A stretch of DNA of 64,000 nucleotides from Acanthaster planci (taxonomy: Eukaryota). The notes beneath the pieces are model-generated. The model saw only the letters and a program-made list of their open reading frames with translations, was not told the origin of the DNA and did not search any database. The first letter of the stretch is position 1; every line of letters starts with the position of its first letter. Below are positions 12,558-26,559 of the stretch, one piece after another. The stretch is taken from assembly GCF_001949145.1 (NCBI RefSeq), contig NW_019091357.1, positions 2,276,114 to 2,340,113 on the forward strand, given 5' to 3'. Made by a program: the position numbers and the translations under genes.

Positions 12558-14249
12558 TTCTGAAGCATCATGTTTTTTTTAATATACTTTCGTTAAAACG
12601 CATGCAAATACATTGTCGTATGCATAACTATGCCTGTATACTATAAAAGGGGCGGGACAAAACTGAGGGGTTTTTCAAAACTGAGGGGTTCTCTGTTCAT
12701 AAAGAGCGACTCCACTTAAATTAGATGTACGCTTCGTGGTTATTCGCTTAAAATCTCAACCTTGTCGCCTAATTTATGTCATGAGTCGTCTATGCTTATG
12801 ACGTCACGAATCGGTCAAAGGTTGCCAGTGTATAAACTAAATGCCATGACAGAAAGTTTATGCATGAACTTGTAGTTCACAGATCGGAAGAAAGTAGGGT
12901 GGAATTTTTTTGTGAAATTTGTCCTTTCCCTCAAAAGAAATTGGCACAATTTTCTTCGGGGTTGCTGGATGTCCAGATGTTTAAACATTTAGCTTGTTGT
13001 CTTAAGTCTCAAATGTTTTTCTTTCCTTTATCGTTATCAAATGTCAAGCTAAATCTGCATAATGAATAAAGGAAAAAAGGTGTGGACTTGCTTTCATCTC
13101 AAGTCTTCCTTGGATCATGCGGTACAATTTGTATTTACATCATGCTTGGATACCTGAATTTTGCTTTATTTCATATTATTAATTTTAGTGTGGCAGCCGT
13201 AATTTTGCATATCACACTCCAGAAATTGTACTCTTTGGTGAGGTTCCGTCAATCACCCAGCCTTTACTCTGTCCCCTCATGCATGTATTTATGATAAGCT
13301 TTCTGCCCGGTCAGTTAAACAGCACGGAGGACAGACGGACAGACAACTTAATAAACCCGCAGTGGAGAAAATAGTGTTGATGAATTGAACGATTCCGTTT
13401 ATACAACACCCGTGCAGGGTACCTGCGCGGGAGAGCGTGGGGCGCCGGGCGCGCTCTGACGGCGGGTAGCGTGTGGAAGTGACGGATGGCATGCTCGCCG
13501 GTCCGTGACAAACTCCGTGTCCTGATGAAACGCCGGCACTGATCAGAACAGGCAGTGACCAGCGCGTCAATTGGGCAGACCATCGGAAGCAAATTAGCCA
13601 ACAAATAGTTGGCCGCGTTGAGCTGAGACACACGGCCTTTTGGTTCTTGGAGAGCTTTAGCGGGATTTTTCTGAGGTCGACCAGATGGAAATATGGGTGT
13701 GGACGGTTAAGTTACGCGACTCGCCCATCTTCTCCAAGCATTTTCAGCAATGGGACAAAATCCGCAGCTTCTGCCTCAAAATACCTGGCATTATGGTGCC
13801 TCGTTAATGATCAAATTCATACGGTTTCCAGTTGGGGAAAATCAACTTTTATATTTGAATATTTATGATTGTCATGACTATTCTTATCGCTATGAGGCGA
13901 GATACAAAGTTTTCACTTAGTTAAACATGCAATGACTTTTTTTGCGATCTGAAAATACTCTTTTCAGTTCCACAATAGTCAATGCTTTTCTCAAATTTTG
14001 TTTTTACTCCCGTGACTACACTAGGAAGACACTTACTTAAAACTGCATAGTTTTCTCGGTTATAAAAAACCCATGATCCATCCTCGCTAAGAATCCTGCG
14101 GTCTAGGACAGGAATCTGTGTATTTTGCAAGGTCTTTAAGTTATTTTTTTGCTAGGTTTCTGGATGTGGAAAAGCTGCTTGAGATCTTTAACGCTCGCCG
14201 GAGGGGGCGTGGAAATTTTAAAAATGCCAAATGTTGAACTTATGCGCTT

Positions 14250-14345
14250 CGCGATAATTATCATTCACCGAGGAGTCGCATTAATATATGAATTATTCTC
14301 GATTCGGCCGACTTCCTTGTTAAATTTCTGTCATCTTTTATGTAT
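14250..14345 (+). mobile_element. LINE RT fossil (L1/Tx1-like RPISLLN motif)
   Basis: IIIHRG...SIRPTSLLNF (IRPTSLLN at 14302-14325) versus I.KKG...NWRPISLLN. Confidence 0.55.
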
Positions 14346-14799
14346 GGTCAAAGTATCTAAGCACGAATTAATTGTTGTTGGCTTAAAATATGGTTCAGTT
14401 GCACTGAACAGTTACTGACGAAGCCCTGCCTCCATCATGTTTTGCGCCAGAATCTAGATACTTCTTTCGTTTACAAACACCGAGCGCCATTTTGCATGGG
14501 CGGCTGTGAGTTTAATTTGCCTGGTCAACAACAACGCATTTGCCAAAAACTGCACATTTACCTGCTCTGGGTATTGAAAAGAGGACCTGTAATTTAGTTT
14601 TCTGTTAGTATCTGTTAATTTTTACTGTTTTTTTAATGTTGCGTGTTTTTATAGACTTATATAAACTCTTCAAAATTGATGGACGACTACAGAGTTCCCA
14701 TGGGCTAAAACTATACTGTTGTGAAGTGGCGAAAGAAGAAATATACAGACTTTCAGTGAATTCTGGTAGCTTCATTGCCATGCAAATTCGGGGCTGATA

Positions 14800-14930
14800 G
14801 AAATGTTACTGTTTGATGGACATATTCTGGCGCACAAAGGTCTTTCTGACATCCATTGTTGTCTGTTTCATTGGGCGTGAACGCAAAGAAACCAACCAAG
14901 GTTCCTTGCGACCAACTCGCTCTCACAGTC
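14800..14930 (-). mobile_element. LINE RT fossil (domains 4-5)
   Basis: SQGTLVGFFAF (SQGTLVG at 14891-14911) and YVHQT (14810-14824) versus PQGT.LGP.LF and YVDDT. Confidence 0.45.
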
Positions 14931-17611
14931 GGGCCTGTTTTTCTTAGCGCCGAGTCCTTACATGTGGACCCCGAGAAGGGCAGCTTTCCCAAAGTCAGCT
15001 GCCCGCTGTAACGGCTGGCTCGGTGTTTTGATAGGGATTACAATACATAGCGGTCAAGACAATTAGCGAGCTGGCTATAAGGATATTGGGTTTAAGAAAA
15101 TCAGCACGGAACAAGGGGCGAAGCTTCCGTTGTGGCGTGTTTTCCTTGTACGTTCAATAGTCGACGGTCAATGCCGAGAAAGGCACACGCTTCTTTGGAA
15201 GGGAACGCTTGAAGTTGGCAGTTTTCTTGGCGGTTTGTCCTGCCCCCCCCCCTCTGTCTTCAGTCCGGGGCAGTGCGAAGCATTGTCCGGGCTTCGGCAA
15301 GAGATCAGGGAAAGTAATCACTGAGACCAGAGTCGGCACAGAACTCAGTGATGATGTACAGGAGATCGTGGCCGCGGCGGGGGTGGTGTGTAACGGGCTC
15401 GATTTTTAGGGGATAACCGAGGGTAACCCCGAAGTACACTTTGCCGAGGTCGAGGGCATAGTTCCACGTTCCACTCACCCTGTCAGGCTGGACACTTTCG
15501 AACATGGACCATTGTGAGAAATGGACAACCCTCCATGTTTTCGCATCACGTGCAAGCAAATTTTCTTGAGAAGCCCCTAAACAAACCTTCATTTTTAACT
15601 CCATTATTGGTTCCTGTATTAGAGGTGAACAAAATGACGGCATCATTCGCGTTTATCTTTTTCTGAAAATGTCGTCAAATTGTTGTTAATTTTGTTGGAT
15701 TAAAAGATTTATTTTGTATGTACACTTTGTAAGTTAGTCAGTTGGTTACTTAATTGGTTAGGTAATTAGTTAGTTTTGTTAGTTTGGGAATTAAAAGGAG
15801 TTAAAAGGAGAAGTCTTTGATCAAACAATCACGCCGAACCCAACTGCTGTACTTGATATTGGTCATGTGAAAAAAAGAATGATGGCGCAGCCTGGTTCTG
15901 TTTACCTTAAACTGACCTTTGACCCCTAATACATGACCAATAAGAAAGAAAGGAAACTTCATTATGTCAGAGACCCCCCCCCGTAGGTTGTACGGGAACA
16001 ATCGCGGGTTTCCCCTGTCAGGAACCACGGCGTGCTGGGAGCTAGCGGCCCGCTCGGTACACCTGAGACGGGAGCCGCAGCAGCGAGCGAGCGCCGCTCC
16101 CCCCGCCAGGGACAATGCACTCTATTCACGCCGAGTTTGAACGAGTCTGGATTTGCCTGGTTCCAAAATAGTATTGTACACACACGCTTTTCTTTCCCCA
16201 TTTATTTGCAGACAGTTACAAACGTAGCTGTTGCGAATTGGAGCGGGAACTTTGACAGAGTGGAGAAAACTCGGATGGAGAAAAGTAACTGCAAAATTGA
16301 TTCGAGCTCGAGTGTTGAAGGGGAAAAAAAGAAAGAAACTCGAGCATCTATGTCTATTTGAGTATTGATTAAAAGACAGGACAGACCGCGTGCGGTTTGC
16401 AGTGTTTGTCTTTCAAGTTTAGTTTGATGTTATATACGCTTTTTGAGTGATAAATCCCTGGTGTGATTGGCCGAACACGGTTTTGGACGTCCTCGTTCAA
16501 CACAATTAGCAGTGCTTGCCTTGGCATGTGTCATATTTTCATAGCGCGGAACGGAATAACATCATTGAGCCCGAAGTTCTGTGTTGCGGTCAACTCTTTT
16601 CCAAAATGACTAATCTAAAAAACCACGGCAGCTTGTGCATTATGAGCACCCCCCCTAACACCCACACCATATCACGGCATGATAATTATGGGCCCAGTCT
16701 GTGTTTTCTAATACAGCTCGGCGAAGGAACCAGCACGTTTCTTCTGACAACAAAAGGGAGACTTGCCGAGTAAGGGAAATCTTAATCTTGGCATTGACTG
16801 CGGCATTCGGTCTTGTATTTTTTTTTTCGCTTGCCGGTCGGTCGTTGAATGACGGGGGACAAAGGCACGAGCTGGCAATGGTCAATGCTGTTTTTCTATG
16901 AAGTGGCGTTGGATGTGAATAAGTACATTGTATAGGAAGTTTTGAAGCACAATGTACGAAGGTAAAGTGCACTGTTTGAATGGGTCCAATGACCTTTAAC
17001 GAGATATGCATACTCCCCGACCCCCCCTCCACCACCACAGCGGCAGATTACTGCTGCTGTGTTTGAGATCTAGTTTACTAACCTCCGCTCAAAGGTGAAC
17101 ATTTCTGCTGTGCTGACGTCAAAAATTGCCGGCGCCCTAAATGAGGGGCGTGACCAGAAGGTACTCAAAGCAGGACGCCATTTGAAAAATTAATTCGGCG
17201 ATACACGCAAAAAGGTTTGCTACAGTTTTGAATGATATTGATGGCAATCTCAGGATTCACTTGTGAAATATACTTCAGGATCACCTGAAAAAAGTGATTC
17301 TTTCCTTCAGATGTGCGAGATGGTAGCGTTTAAAACGCTGATTTAAAGACATGATTAAAATTTCTAGAAGAATAATATATGAACGGCCTTATTAATAACC
17401 AGGTTAATTGTAAATATGCAGGGCAGACTTGAAGGCAAGTTGTTTTCCTTCTTGAACTCCACGGCAAATTGCGCAGAAGCGCTGCCGGCAAAATGTTTAC
17501 CTGATGGGTGGGATGACTCACGCCATCGAATATATGAATACACGAGCCAGCCATGCCTGATCAAAGCTGTTCTTGCACCGGCTAAACTTAGCTCTCTATC
17601 TCGCTTCGCTC

Positions 17612-17614
<3 letters not shown>

Positions 17615-17645
<31 letters not shown>
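17615..17645. repeat. (CT)n microsatellite
   Basis: About 15 uninterrupted CT units. Confidence 0.95.
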
Positions 17646-17650
<5 letters not shown>

Positions 17651-17869
17651 AGCTCTGCTGGACGATTTTTGAATTCTGTCTCGGCTCATTCCGCACCCCT
17701 CTCTTTTTTTTGGGGGGGGGGAGGGTTGTATTCGGTTCTTTATTCAACAGTGGTGCATTCCAAGTCAATCATTTGGGTCTAGGATTCGGACTCTGTGCAC
17801 GTGCTTAACAATGAGGAGGTCACTCGGTGAGTGTGATGCCAGCCTGGTTTGGAGAACACATGACTCCGA

Positions 17870-18020
17870 AGACAGCTTCCCTTGGGAAGCGAAAATGACG
17901 GCACCGATGCAAAAGGAGAATTTTGTTTGTGATTCCAGTGATTGAAATCCACTCAGGATCGCTAAAATACTGAAATCATTCCAGTAAATCACACAGCTCT
18001 TGTGAACATTTCGGTGGTTT
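17870..18020 (-). mobile_element. LINE RT fossil (domains 1-2)
   Basis: EMFTRAV then SILAILSGFQSLES (17930-17971) versus KIFERAV...IL...QSGFR..HS. Confidence 0.45.
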
Positions 18021-18323
18021 ATGTATCATAATTTTGCAAAAAGAGTAGGCCTAAGTCGAAATGAATACTGACCCAATCGTACACGCAGCTGGCGTTAGAG
18101 AGAGACGGGAAAATGTGCTTAAGTGGAAGAGAAGGAAAAGGACATTTAAGCTCATTCTTTTCGAGGGTAAGCCCAAAACAAATGGCTATTGAAGGTGACA
18201 TTTTCATAAGGCTACTTTTCAATTTGAAGCAAAGATTTGGTCAATTAATAATATTAAATTAGGTCAATGGTTTCTGCATAAACACAGACCCAGGCAAACC
18301 ACTGACAGTTAATTGCATTTTAA

Positions 18324-18834
18324 AGAGCGCCTCTTTAAGGAAAACATGTTTTCTCGGATTTTATCTGTTCAAATAATCATGGAAGCATGCACATAGAACG
18401 CAGTGTCATTTGTCTTCAGAGCTCAACTATAACAAGCTAAAAAGGGCCTTTTTTCTGTTTATGCCAAGATGCGAATTCTGAATGTAGATTGCGTCATACG
18501 GAGAAAACACAGACAACGAAGGGAGCCCTCTCCCTGTGTTTGTAGTGGATAAACCCTATGCATGCAAAATAATAAATGTAGCCATTGTTTGGCATGCAAA
18601 AGGTTTATCCACTATGAACACAGGGCGAGGGTTTCCCTTCCTTTTCTCTATTTTCTACGAATGACGCAATCTACATTCAGAATTCGCATCTTGGCATGAA
18701 CAGAATAAAAAGTCCTTTCAAGCTTATTAAAGTTTAGCTCTGAAGACAAAATGACACTGCATTCGATTTGGATGCTTCCAAGTTAATTTGAACAGACAAA
18801 ATCAGAGAAAACATGTTTTCCTTAGAGGTGTTCT
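18324..18834. mobile_element. 511-bp foldback MITE with TTAA target duplication (Kolobok-like termini)
   Basis: Near-complete palindrome, e.g. ATGCCAAGATGCGAATTCTGAATGTAGATTGCGTCAT versus its reverse complement in the right arm. TTAA at 18320-18323 and 18835-18838; AG...CT termini. Confidence 0.85.
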
Positions 18835-21679
18835 TTAACGATTTGTTTAGGAAATTGTGTTATCTGTCCTTCCTTAACTTCTCCAAGGCGTCTAGTTCCC
18901 ATCGTCACTACATACTGAGGGTATGCAGCGCGTGTGCTGGCCTCGTCGTTTGATTGATGAGCCTTGTATACATGAATCACACCTAGGCCATAACTGATAT
19001 GGGGGGGGTAGATTGGGTACCAGACCGGATCTCGAACCAACGCTTGGCCGCGGTAGGGAAAAAAAAAGGAAGGGTGCTTCATTTCACGTGCGGTTTTGCG
19101 AAGTTGAGTTTCTCTGTACCAAGGTGTGACGGCGTGAAAATCTGTCCTGTGCGTTAGCACCTCAAGCCAGGGCGAGAAGTACCGTGCCCGCGGGGCATAC
19201 CGCCCGCCGACCAGCAAGCCGTGTGCACGCGGGCTCTTCCCCCCTCTCGCTCCCATTTTGTTCGGGTTAAATCATACGCTTCGCCGCCAACGAATTGGAC
19301 GTTTCTCCTGCATCTTTCTTACCAATTTGGGTCGGGAAATGAGCCCACCGTGCCGTGCCGTATATCAACGCTGTGTGCATATTTTCTGGCGGAGATCGGC
19401 AGCTTTCTCGCTTTCCACCCGGATAATTTTTCTTTCTTCAAAACTCGTCCCCCACGTCCCCGCTACGGTTGTGGATGAAAACGTGCGTCTGTTGAGACAT
19501 GGACAAGTGAACGGTCCCGTCCGTGCCACTATTTTTTTCTCTTTTCCCTCCCGCTAGGGATGAGTGCTAGACTGTCGGCACAACTTTTTCAATGGCCACG
19601 ATAGCGCTACCCTTCACACACCCTTAATATAATTAAGCAGTGGTATCAATCGCTGAAATTGCATCGCCTGGTTTCCCGCGTTAATTGAACATCGATAATT
19701 CAATCTCAATTCACTGATTAACGCTGCCGAATTATTGAAATTGCACTGGCCATTTCAATAAGCGAATAATTGATTCCCGCACTTCGGCCCGGGTGCGTAC
19801 AGTTGGTGGCGTTGTTGTCCATCGCTCCCATATCAAATTAGCCGCACGTGGTGAATGCAAGGCATGGCCAATGCCTGGAACGTATCCCCTCTTCCCCTCG
19901 TGAAAAGAAATTCCAAGTCCTGCTAGAGGGTCCAGCGCGCCCGCCTAGGTAGCCTGGCCTGAGTTTTAGACGCGGGATACGCCGTCACCTATCCACACTA
20001 CTACGGTAACGTGATTTATATGCGCGGCTCTCGCGTCTTTCCTTTCCATCGGTAATTGAGTCAAGAGTGAGATCGAGCCCAACTGTAAAATGACTTGATT
20101 ACGGTGCCTGGAATGCCAGATAAATCTTGCCTGTCGACTTCCCCAAGCCCCCACTATCCCAGCCAAGAAGAAGGAGTAGAAAACCGAAGGGAAACTCCGC
20201 TCGTTTCGGTGTGTGCTCGCTGCATGCATGATGCGCTCGCCAGAGACTGTTCAATTTCGGTGGCTGCTTGCTATTCAGCCGTCGTATCTTCTGGTCTCCT
20301 TGGAGACTGGGTATCGCTGACTGGCTATTCATATTGTCCTGTCGCCCTCTGCCGCCGATATGTCCTCCGAGACCCAGTATCTATGACTGTTTGTTCACCG
20401 TTCACAATCCAACTCATTTCTGTTATTAATAGAAGTCATTTAAGTCTGGTGCTCGCGTCCCGAATGTGCCGATAAAATGCACAACGAGAAAACCTTAATT
20501 GGTAACTTACTCCAATCTGACTTGGAAGCATTTCCTTTTTTTATCAGTTCATGTAGTAGCCTATGCATCTCAGGAAAGAAAAACACTCGCGGTTTATTTC
20601 ATTCCCCAAATACCATGTGGCCAAGTCCAATTTGGGAACGTCACAAAATATGCGTTGTTTTTTTTAAAATGAACACCGTTACCCGTATTAAAGGTCAGTT
20701 GTTCGATGCAAATACTGCAAGGTGTGAGTTCGACACTGACATTCTTCCAGTGTCGATTCTTGGCGGCGAATCGACGATTTCGTAGTATTATGCGATAATA
20801 GGGAGCAACGGCTGTTGCTAGCGAGTATTCGATACTTGTCAATCGTGAAACCCTGAACTGCAGTTCGAAAAAAAAATAGTGGTCTCGGATGATCCGAGTT
20901 GATGCCCCCGAATAACAGTGAGCTGAATACCAATGAAAAGATAGTCTGTCCGCGGTGCTACGGTGACGATCACTTAGGGCCACTTTTTCTCCCGGTTGAA
21001 TTCCGCTGTAAAGATGCGATTTTTTTAAAAAGTCGATTTCAAATGTTGCAAATTGTGTTCATATTAATTATTCGGTAGTCGAAACCTCTGCTGCGGATGT
21101 GAAGCTGGCGGTAGAGGCACGAGGCTTTAAGTATTAACCCCGTCGCTCTTTCTGTGGTACTGCGTTTATCTGAAATTAATCCAAAGTTAATTATAACCCT
21201 CCCAAAAGCGTCAGTGTGGTTTAAATCTCTTCATTAATCTAACTTGGCTTCGTCATGCTCTGATTTTGGCTGTCACATTTTGGCTGTGACGAATTAATCC
21301 TCTGAATAATGGAGCAGTGTCTCTATCGCCTCGTGCGTCCCAACAGAGACATCACACGGTCTCAAGGCAGGCGCAAAGTTGAGTGTAGGTTCACTTCTTT
21401 TTTTTTCTAACAGTTAACGCTTGGATATGAGTCGGGCACCCGAACTAAGCCGCGGTCGCATGCGAAACCGTGATTTAGAAAATGACCGTGTGTTCCTCGC
21501 ACACCGAACGCTTCCTCAGATCGCCTACCGGTTGTGAGAAAGTGATTTGCAATGCAAATATTCATTCATAATATCCCAAGGCGCTTGCCATTGTTTTTCC
21601 TCGCTTGCATTAAAAAGGGTCAAATATTCAAATCCATTAAGCTTAAAACCGCAAAGATGAACCGCTCATGAGTTTGTTT

Positions 21680-21880
21680 GTTGGATTTGTTTTCGTGATT
21701 CACCGCTCCCCAATTTGCCTGACAGATTGTTTACCAAGCCCGCCCTACTTTAGGCCTACATTAAAAAAAAAGGACACTTTTGAGAAAAGACTCATCTTTG
21801 TAGTGTATCACATTGATGATACACGTGACTTGTATGTTGAAATATCGTCACATTCATCTTGTGAACCTCTCCAAAGCTGG
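21680..21880 (+). mobile_element. LINE RT fossil (catalytic DD region)
   Basis: YHIDDTRDLYVEISSHSSCEPLQ (from 21806) versus LFADDTKLY..I.S..DC..LQ. Confidence 0.5.
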
Positions 21881-22009
21881 AAACCAATCACCGACAGTAT
21901 CAAGTTAAAATAACTGGAAACCTAATAAGGCCGTAAGACCCCATACTTCTCTTCTTTTTAAAGTCTCCGTCAAAACAATGCAATGTACTCATGCAGGAAC
22001 GTATCCCAA

Positions 22010-22295
22010 CTTCTAGGAGCATGCGCAATGGATGACGTGAATATGTCCTCGCTGGCCATTGTACTGCAGTCCTTTTCACAATGGGGTCGAGGTGGAATTG
22101 TATGCAGGAGGTTGTTTCCATTGAGCCGAATGTACTCCTGTAGACAAGAATCCTCGCCGGTTTTTTGCTCGAACAAATTCAGTATCCACAGGACAGAACT
22201 GCAGTTATTAAGTGCATTTTCGCATGCTACGACAGGTGAATTTATATTGGACTGATCTGAAGGGAGAAGATTTTTACAATTTAAACAAAACAAAT
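22010..22295 (-). mobile_element. Two adjacent LINE RT domain-2 fossils
   Basis: NLLPSDQS...CENALN and LNGNNLLH...KDCST, each resembling NNLL...Q.GFR...S(C/T)ETAL. Confidence 0.45.
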
Positions 22296-22879
22296 GCAGT
22301 TCTACGTCTTTGTAAAAAATTAGAGCCCGTGAATTTATCTACTCAGACTGTAAGGCAGTGTTTGACGACGAAAAATCTATAATCCTGGTTATTTTTTTTC
22401 ATACTGTTCTAGCGAAATTATCTCACTGTACGACTTAGGAAATGGACGGTCCATTTGTTGAGCGCCCAAAGCCAAGAATAACCGTCTCAGCCTTATCAGC
22501 CTTATTTGCTTGGACGGTCAGTTCCAATGGTCCATTCCGATGAAAATTTTGGATTTTCCGTCCGATTTTGTAAAGTGTTCATTCATTGGGATACAAACTG
22601 TCCGTTCAATTCCACCCAAAACTTGACAGTCGTTCTAGATAAGGGTTCATTTTTCCTTTTCGTTTCCATTTTAGTTCAATCGATTTATGTTTGTGCCGAA
22701 CGGTCCAAGAGGAATCGATAATACGTTTTCTTTTTACCGTGCAGAAGGCGTAATCGGATCAGGAATAATTCTATTTCAATTTTAGATTGAAGTCATTACA
22801 AAATGAAACAAATTTAGGGCTTATTTTTCGTCTATCGCCAATCAAGCCACGTGAAGTCAATTTAAGAACAGTCGAAATA

Positions 22880-23043
22880 CAGTCAAACCTCATTAATAAG
22901 AGGTCGTTCGGACTTTGCAGATTATGAAAGGAACCTTAAATTATAACTAATGAAAGAATGCACGACAAAGGATTGGAACCTTACAATTTCCTTGATAATG
23001 AGCGGGAAAGTTGTGTTAGCAGTGCTCTAACGATGTTTGACTG
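22880..23043. mobile_element. 164-bp Tc1/mariner (pogo/Tigger-like) MITE
   Basis: TA|CAGTCAAACCTC ... GATGTTTGACTG|TA: imperfect 12-bp TIR with TA target duplication. Confidence 0.75.
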
Positions 23044-25228
23044 TATAATGTGTATATAGCACCAACATCCAATTCAGCCCGAAGTAATCATGCGACATAT
23101 CAACATGCAGTGCCCTGAGATAGTTATGTGACATTCACACCTTTTATCTATTCAGTATGCTTTGATACTGTGGTGGAGGTAACTTTTTTATCACATTGTC
23201 AAATTTACAAATTTGACACTGAACTGAAAAAAAAGCATGACTGGCATCACCCCCATAATTCAGGATGTCAGCGGTGAGACAGTTGCGGACGCTAATAGGG
23301 CTCACCTGTCATTAATTCGCGTCAACCGAGAAAATAAATTATCGCGCTCGGGGTTGTATTTTGCTTGGCGATTTGGCTGAATTACCGCGAATTATATGAT
23401 CGGCCATCCGTGGGCCCTGGTCTGTCACGGGGGCCGGGGACATATCTAACTCTCCCCACGAAATCAGCCCCGCGAAGCACGGGGTATCCTAAAAACAACA
23501 ACTGGAAATCTGGGGTCGCGGGAGCGCAGAAACCGTATCCGGGCGAAGGAATTTGGGAAGGAGCGGGTTCAATGACCGGAGAGACAGGCCACCTCTCCTG
23601 GTATCCCGGTATGTTTGTCTCCCATCTCCTCCTTGGTGTCGTAGGCCAGAGACCCTTGCTTGAGGCGGCTCGACCCCTTTGCTCCCGTAATGCTTTTACC
23701 TTCTGCGATGCCAAGACTTTTTCCTCATCCCTTCCAAAACACGCGTCTTGGTGTGGTGTCGACAATTTGAGATTGCCTCGGTCGTCAACAGTCGTCTCAG
23801 TTTTAGTCGGCGAGATGTGGGGGGAAAAATAATATTTTCAACAGAACACCAAGTGGTGAATTAATTGGATGTTGCGGGAAGGCGACGGACCGTGAAACCA
23901 GTGACCTCAATGGGCCACCGTCAGATTTCCTCCAAGTGTCTTGGCCTTGTAGAAATTAAAAGCCCCCAACCCCGTCATTGTCGAGAGACATTAAAGTGTG
24001 TCTTGTAACTGACAGAATTCACCGTGTCTCCTTGTCATTCGTTCTCAGCATCCTCAGCATTTGTTCTTGTCCAGCGGACGCGCTGCGCCCGTCAGGACAA
24101 CAAGTTGAATCCCGTCAAATCAGGCCTCATTATGGTGAATCTTGCATGAGGAGGGTTGGTTTCCAGTAGCCGTAAATTGATTCCGACTTAATTATACCCT
24201 GCAGGAAATTAACGACATTAACCACTCGCAAACAGATCCTTACATCCACTCTTACCGAATCGATCATCATCAATTCCTATTCATAAGCAACTTATACGCA
24301 GACTTATTTTCATTGGAAGCAGCTGGAAAGTTTGCCTAAGAATTAAGATTGCTTCATGACTGTGACGGATTCGCTCAGTTCCACCTCCGAAACCAACTCG
24401 CTCACCTTTGCACGAGTAGTTTTAATCAAAACAACAGCTCTGTACCAAACCTCATCGCCATTTATGGCTCCGCTTCACAACTTAGGCCATTAACTATATG
24501 TAGGCCTAATGGAAGAAATGTTTAGACATTTAATCCTTCAAGCCACGTTTTGAAAGAATTCGGAATTCTTGGGAAAGAATTCAGCAAAAAGAGCATTTTT
24601 AAAGGAATGTGGCTTTTAGAGTGATACCACTCTTGTAACACAGACTGGACGTAGGCCTGCAGTTTCTCATTCTCTGGCCTTAAAATACCCTATTATGAGG
24701 TGGAGTGGCGTTTCGTATTTTCCAGATCTATCGCAATCTCAGATTTTTGTCAGAGTGTTTCCACAAAATGATCCAGATTGCCGACCTCCCCCAGTAGCGT
24801 GACATCACCTCCCTCCCGACCCAAGAGCCCCTACCGTATTAGCAGGCTCCAAACTTCACCACAACTGGCGGGCTTTGGCTCCCGGCGCCCCGAAACCTAC
24901 ATGCTAGGGATTCCTTTTCCGTTCGCATACTTCTAAAAAAAAATCGTCATATCAAAGTCACACACGACCACCGCGCGGTGCATCGATGGCGGTGGGGCAA
25001 AAGCCGCGACGATGACATGCGGCATCTGCTTTGCGTTGACAAACAAACTTTACTCGTTTGTGTTAAAAATGGGCAAGGAATAGACTACTGGGTCCTTCGA
25101 CTTGAAATTTCCCTGGCACTCGGTGATAGGCTCAGCCAATCTTGAGGATCACAGACCTGACCTTGTTGTCTTTGGTGTCTCCTTCATCAGCGACTTGATG
25201 AGTTTGGAGTTCCGTCAAGTGAAACCCA

Positions 25229-25650
25229 AGACCAATTGTGTGTGCACTGATTGTTTATATTGGAAAAATGAGCATTTCGGACAACCCTTGAACTACTTCT
25301 GTCAACCCGATACATATTCATAACGGAGGTCATTGTACGGGGATTTGGTTTCAGTATGGTACACCCAAACCGTCCACTTCACGGCCAGAACTGCTGTGCC
25401 TGGTTACCATCCAATATGTAATTGATATCAAAGGAGGACACCAATTCACATCCATCAATCGCCCGTGACCATGATTTTGCAGTAAGACTTCGACAGTGCT
25501 CCACATAACATCACTAATTATATCGATTCGTCTGAAAACAAGGACAAGTTGTGCCGTGCACAGGAGAGAAAGTCAGGATATTGAACGACGGTGAAGTTAT
25601 ACTCAACTTTTACAGTGACTTGGAAAGCAGTTAACCACAGCTGTACGGGA
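25229..25650 (+). mobile_element. CR1/L2-like LINE RT fossil (domains 1-4)
   Basis: Ordered motifs RPI..IGK (25229), QYG...ELL (25352), DF-SK-FDSAPH (25473-25506, with small indels), RILNDGE and PQ (25635). Confidence 0.65.
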
Positions 25651-26559
25651 CTTTTGAATAGTCTCCAAGAATTAGTGAAAGTAGACTTCTGTGATACAAG
25701 TCGTTTTAACGTGAGGCCCGGCTGAGTAATATTTTAATATTTGGAAATTTTTATGATTATGTTTATTTAGATGCTTCGACTTGAAAAGAAGTCTCTTTCC
25801 ATGTCGTCGTTCTCTGCACTGTATCCATTTCTGTTTTCTACAGTGTCCATTAGACAGCCCAGCGCACAGCCGAATTACCGCCGATTCCTCGCCCAGCTGC
25901 AATTTGTATCTTTGATTCCATTATCGAATTACATAAATGTTTAAGCTCTTTTTAATGGTATAACCTTCCCTACCCGCGTCGGTTTGCAATTGGATTACCA
26001 TTAATTTAAATGATAACACATTCTGAAAAGTGTTCCTTAAGCGTATAAATACCTGCCGAACCTCCCTCCCTCCCCCCGAAGTCGCTGTCTTTTGCCACGA
26101 GGCTTCTTCCTCGCCTGGGCGAGCCTTTCCATTTGCCTGGTTGTATATCCGCTTGAGAGGGTACGGGGTGTAATATGCGTGGCCCAACGAGGCATCGCCG
26201 CCGGTTGGCGCTCCAAGCTTCATTAAAGATAACCTCTAGCGCCGCCTTTGGGCCAGACAAGGAGAGCCGCGAGAGATTTACCCCCGCGGGGGAAAAAAAA
26301 AAGAAAAAAGCCCTTACCTTAAACGGCGACAGTTTGTAATTGGCACTAAACGGATTGGCCGTGGAAGTGCGGAGGGAGATGTAGGAAAAGACTGGGAGGG
26401 GGGGTGGAAGCCAAGCGTTTTTTGCCGGTAGGAAAACGAAGCTTGCGGGCTGGTATACGTACTTCCATCACATCATCCGATAAGGACGCAGACGTGCATT
26501 AACAGCGGCAGAGGACGGATGATTGGCCAATTTGAATATCTTAGCAAATATTTCATGCG

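Noticed and set aside
12642..12690. TATAAAAG, GC box and a short direct repeat AAACTGAGGGGTT
   Set aside because: The GC box lies downstream of the TATA, no exon follows, and such 8-mers are expected by chance.
20301..20385. Possible pre-miRNA hairpin (GAGACTGGGTATCG ... CGAGACCCAGTATC)
   Set aside because: The stem is only about 14 bp with mismatches and a long loop; more likely a decayed MITE remnant.
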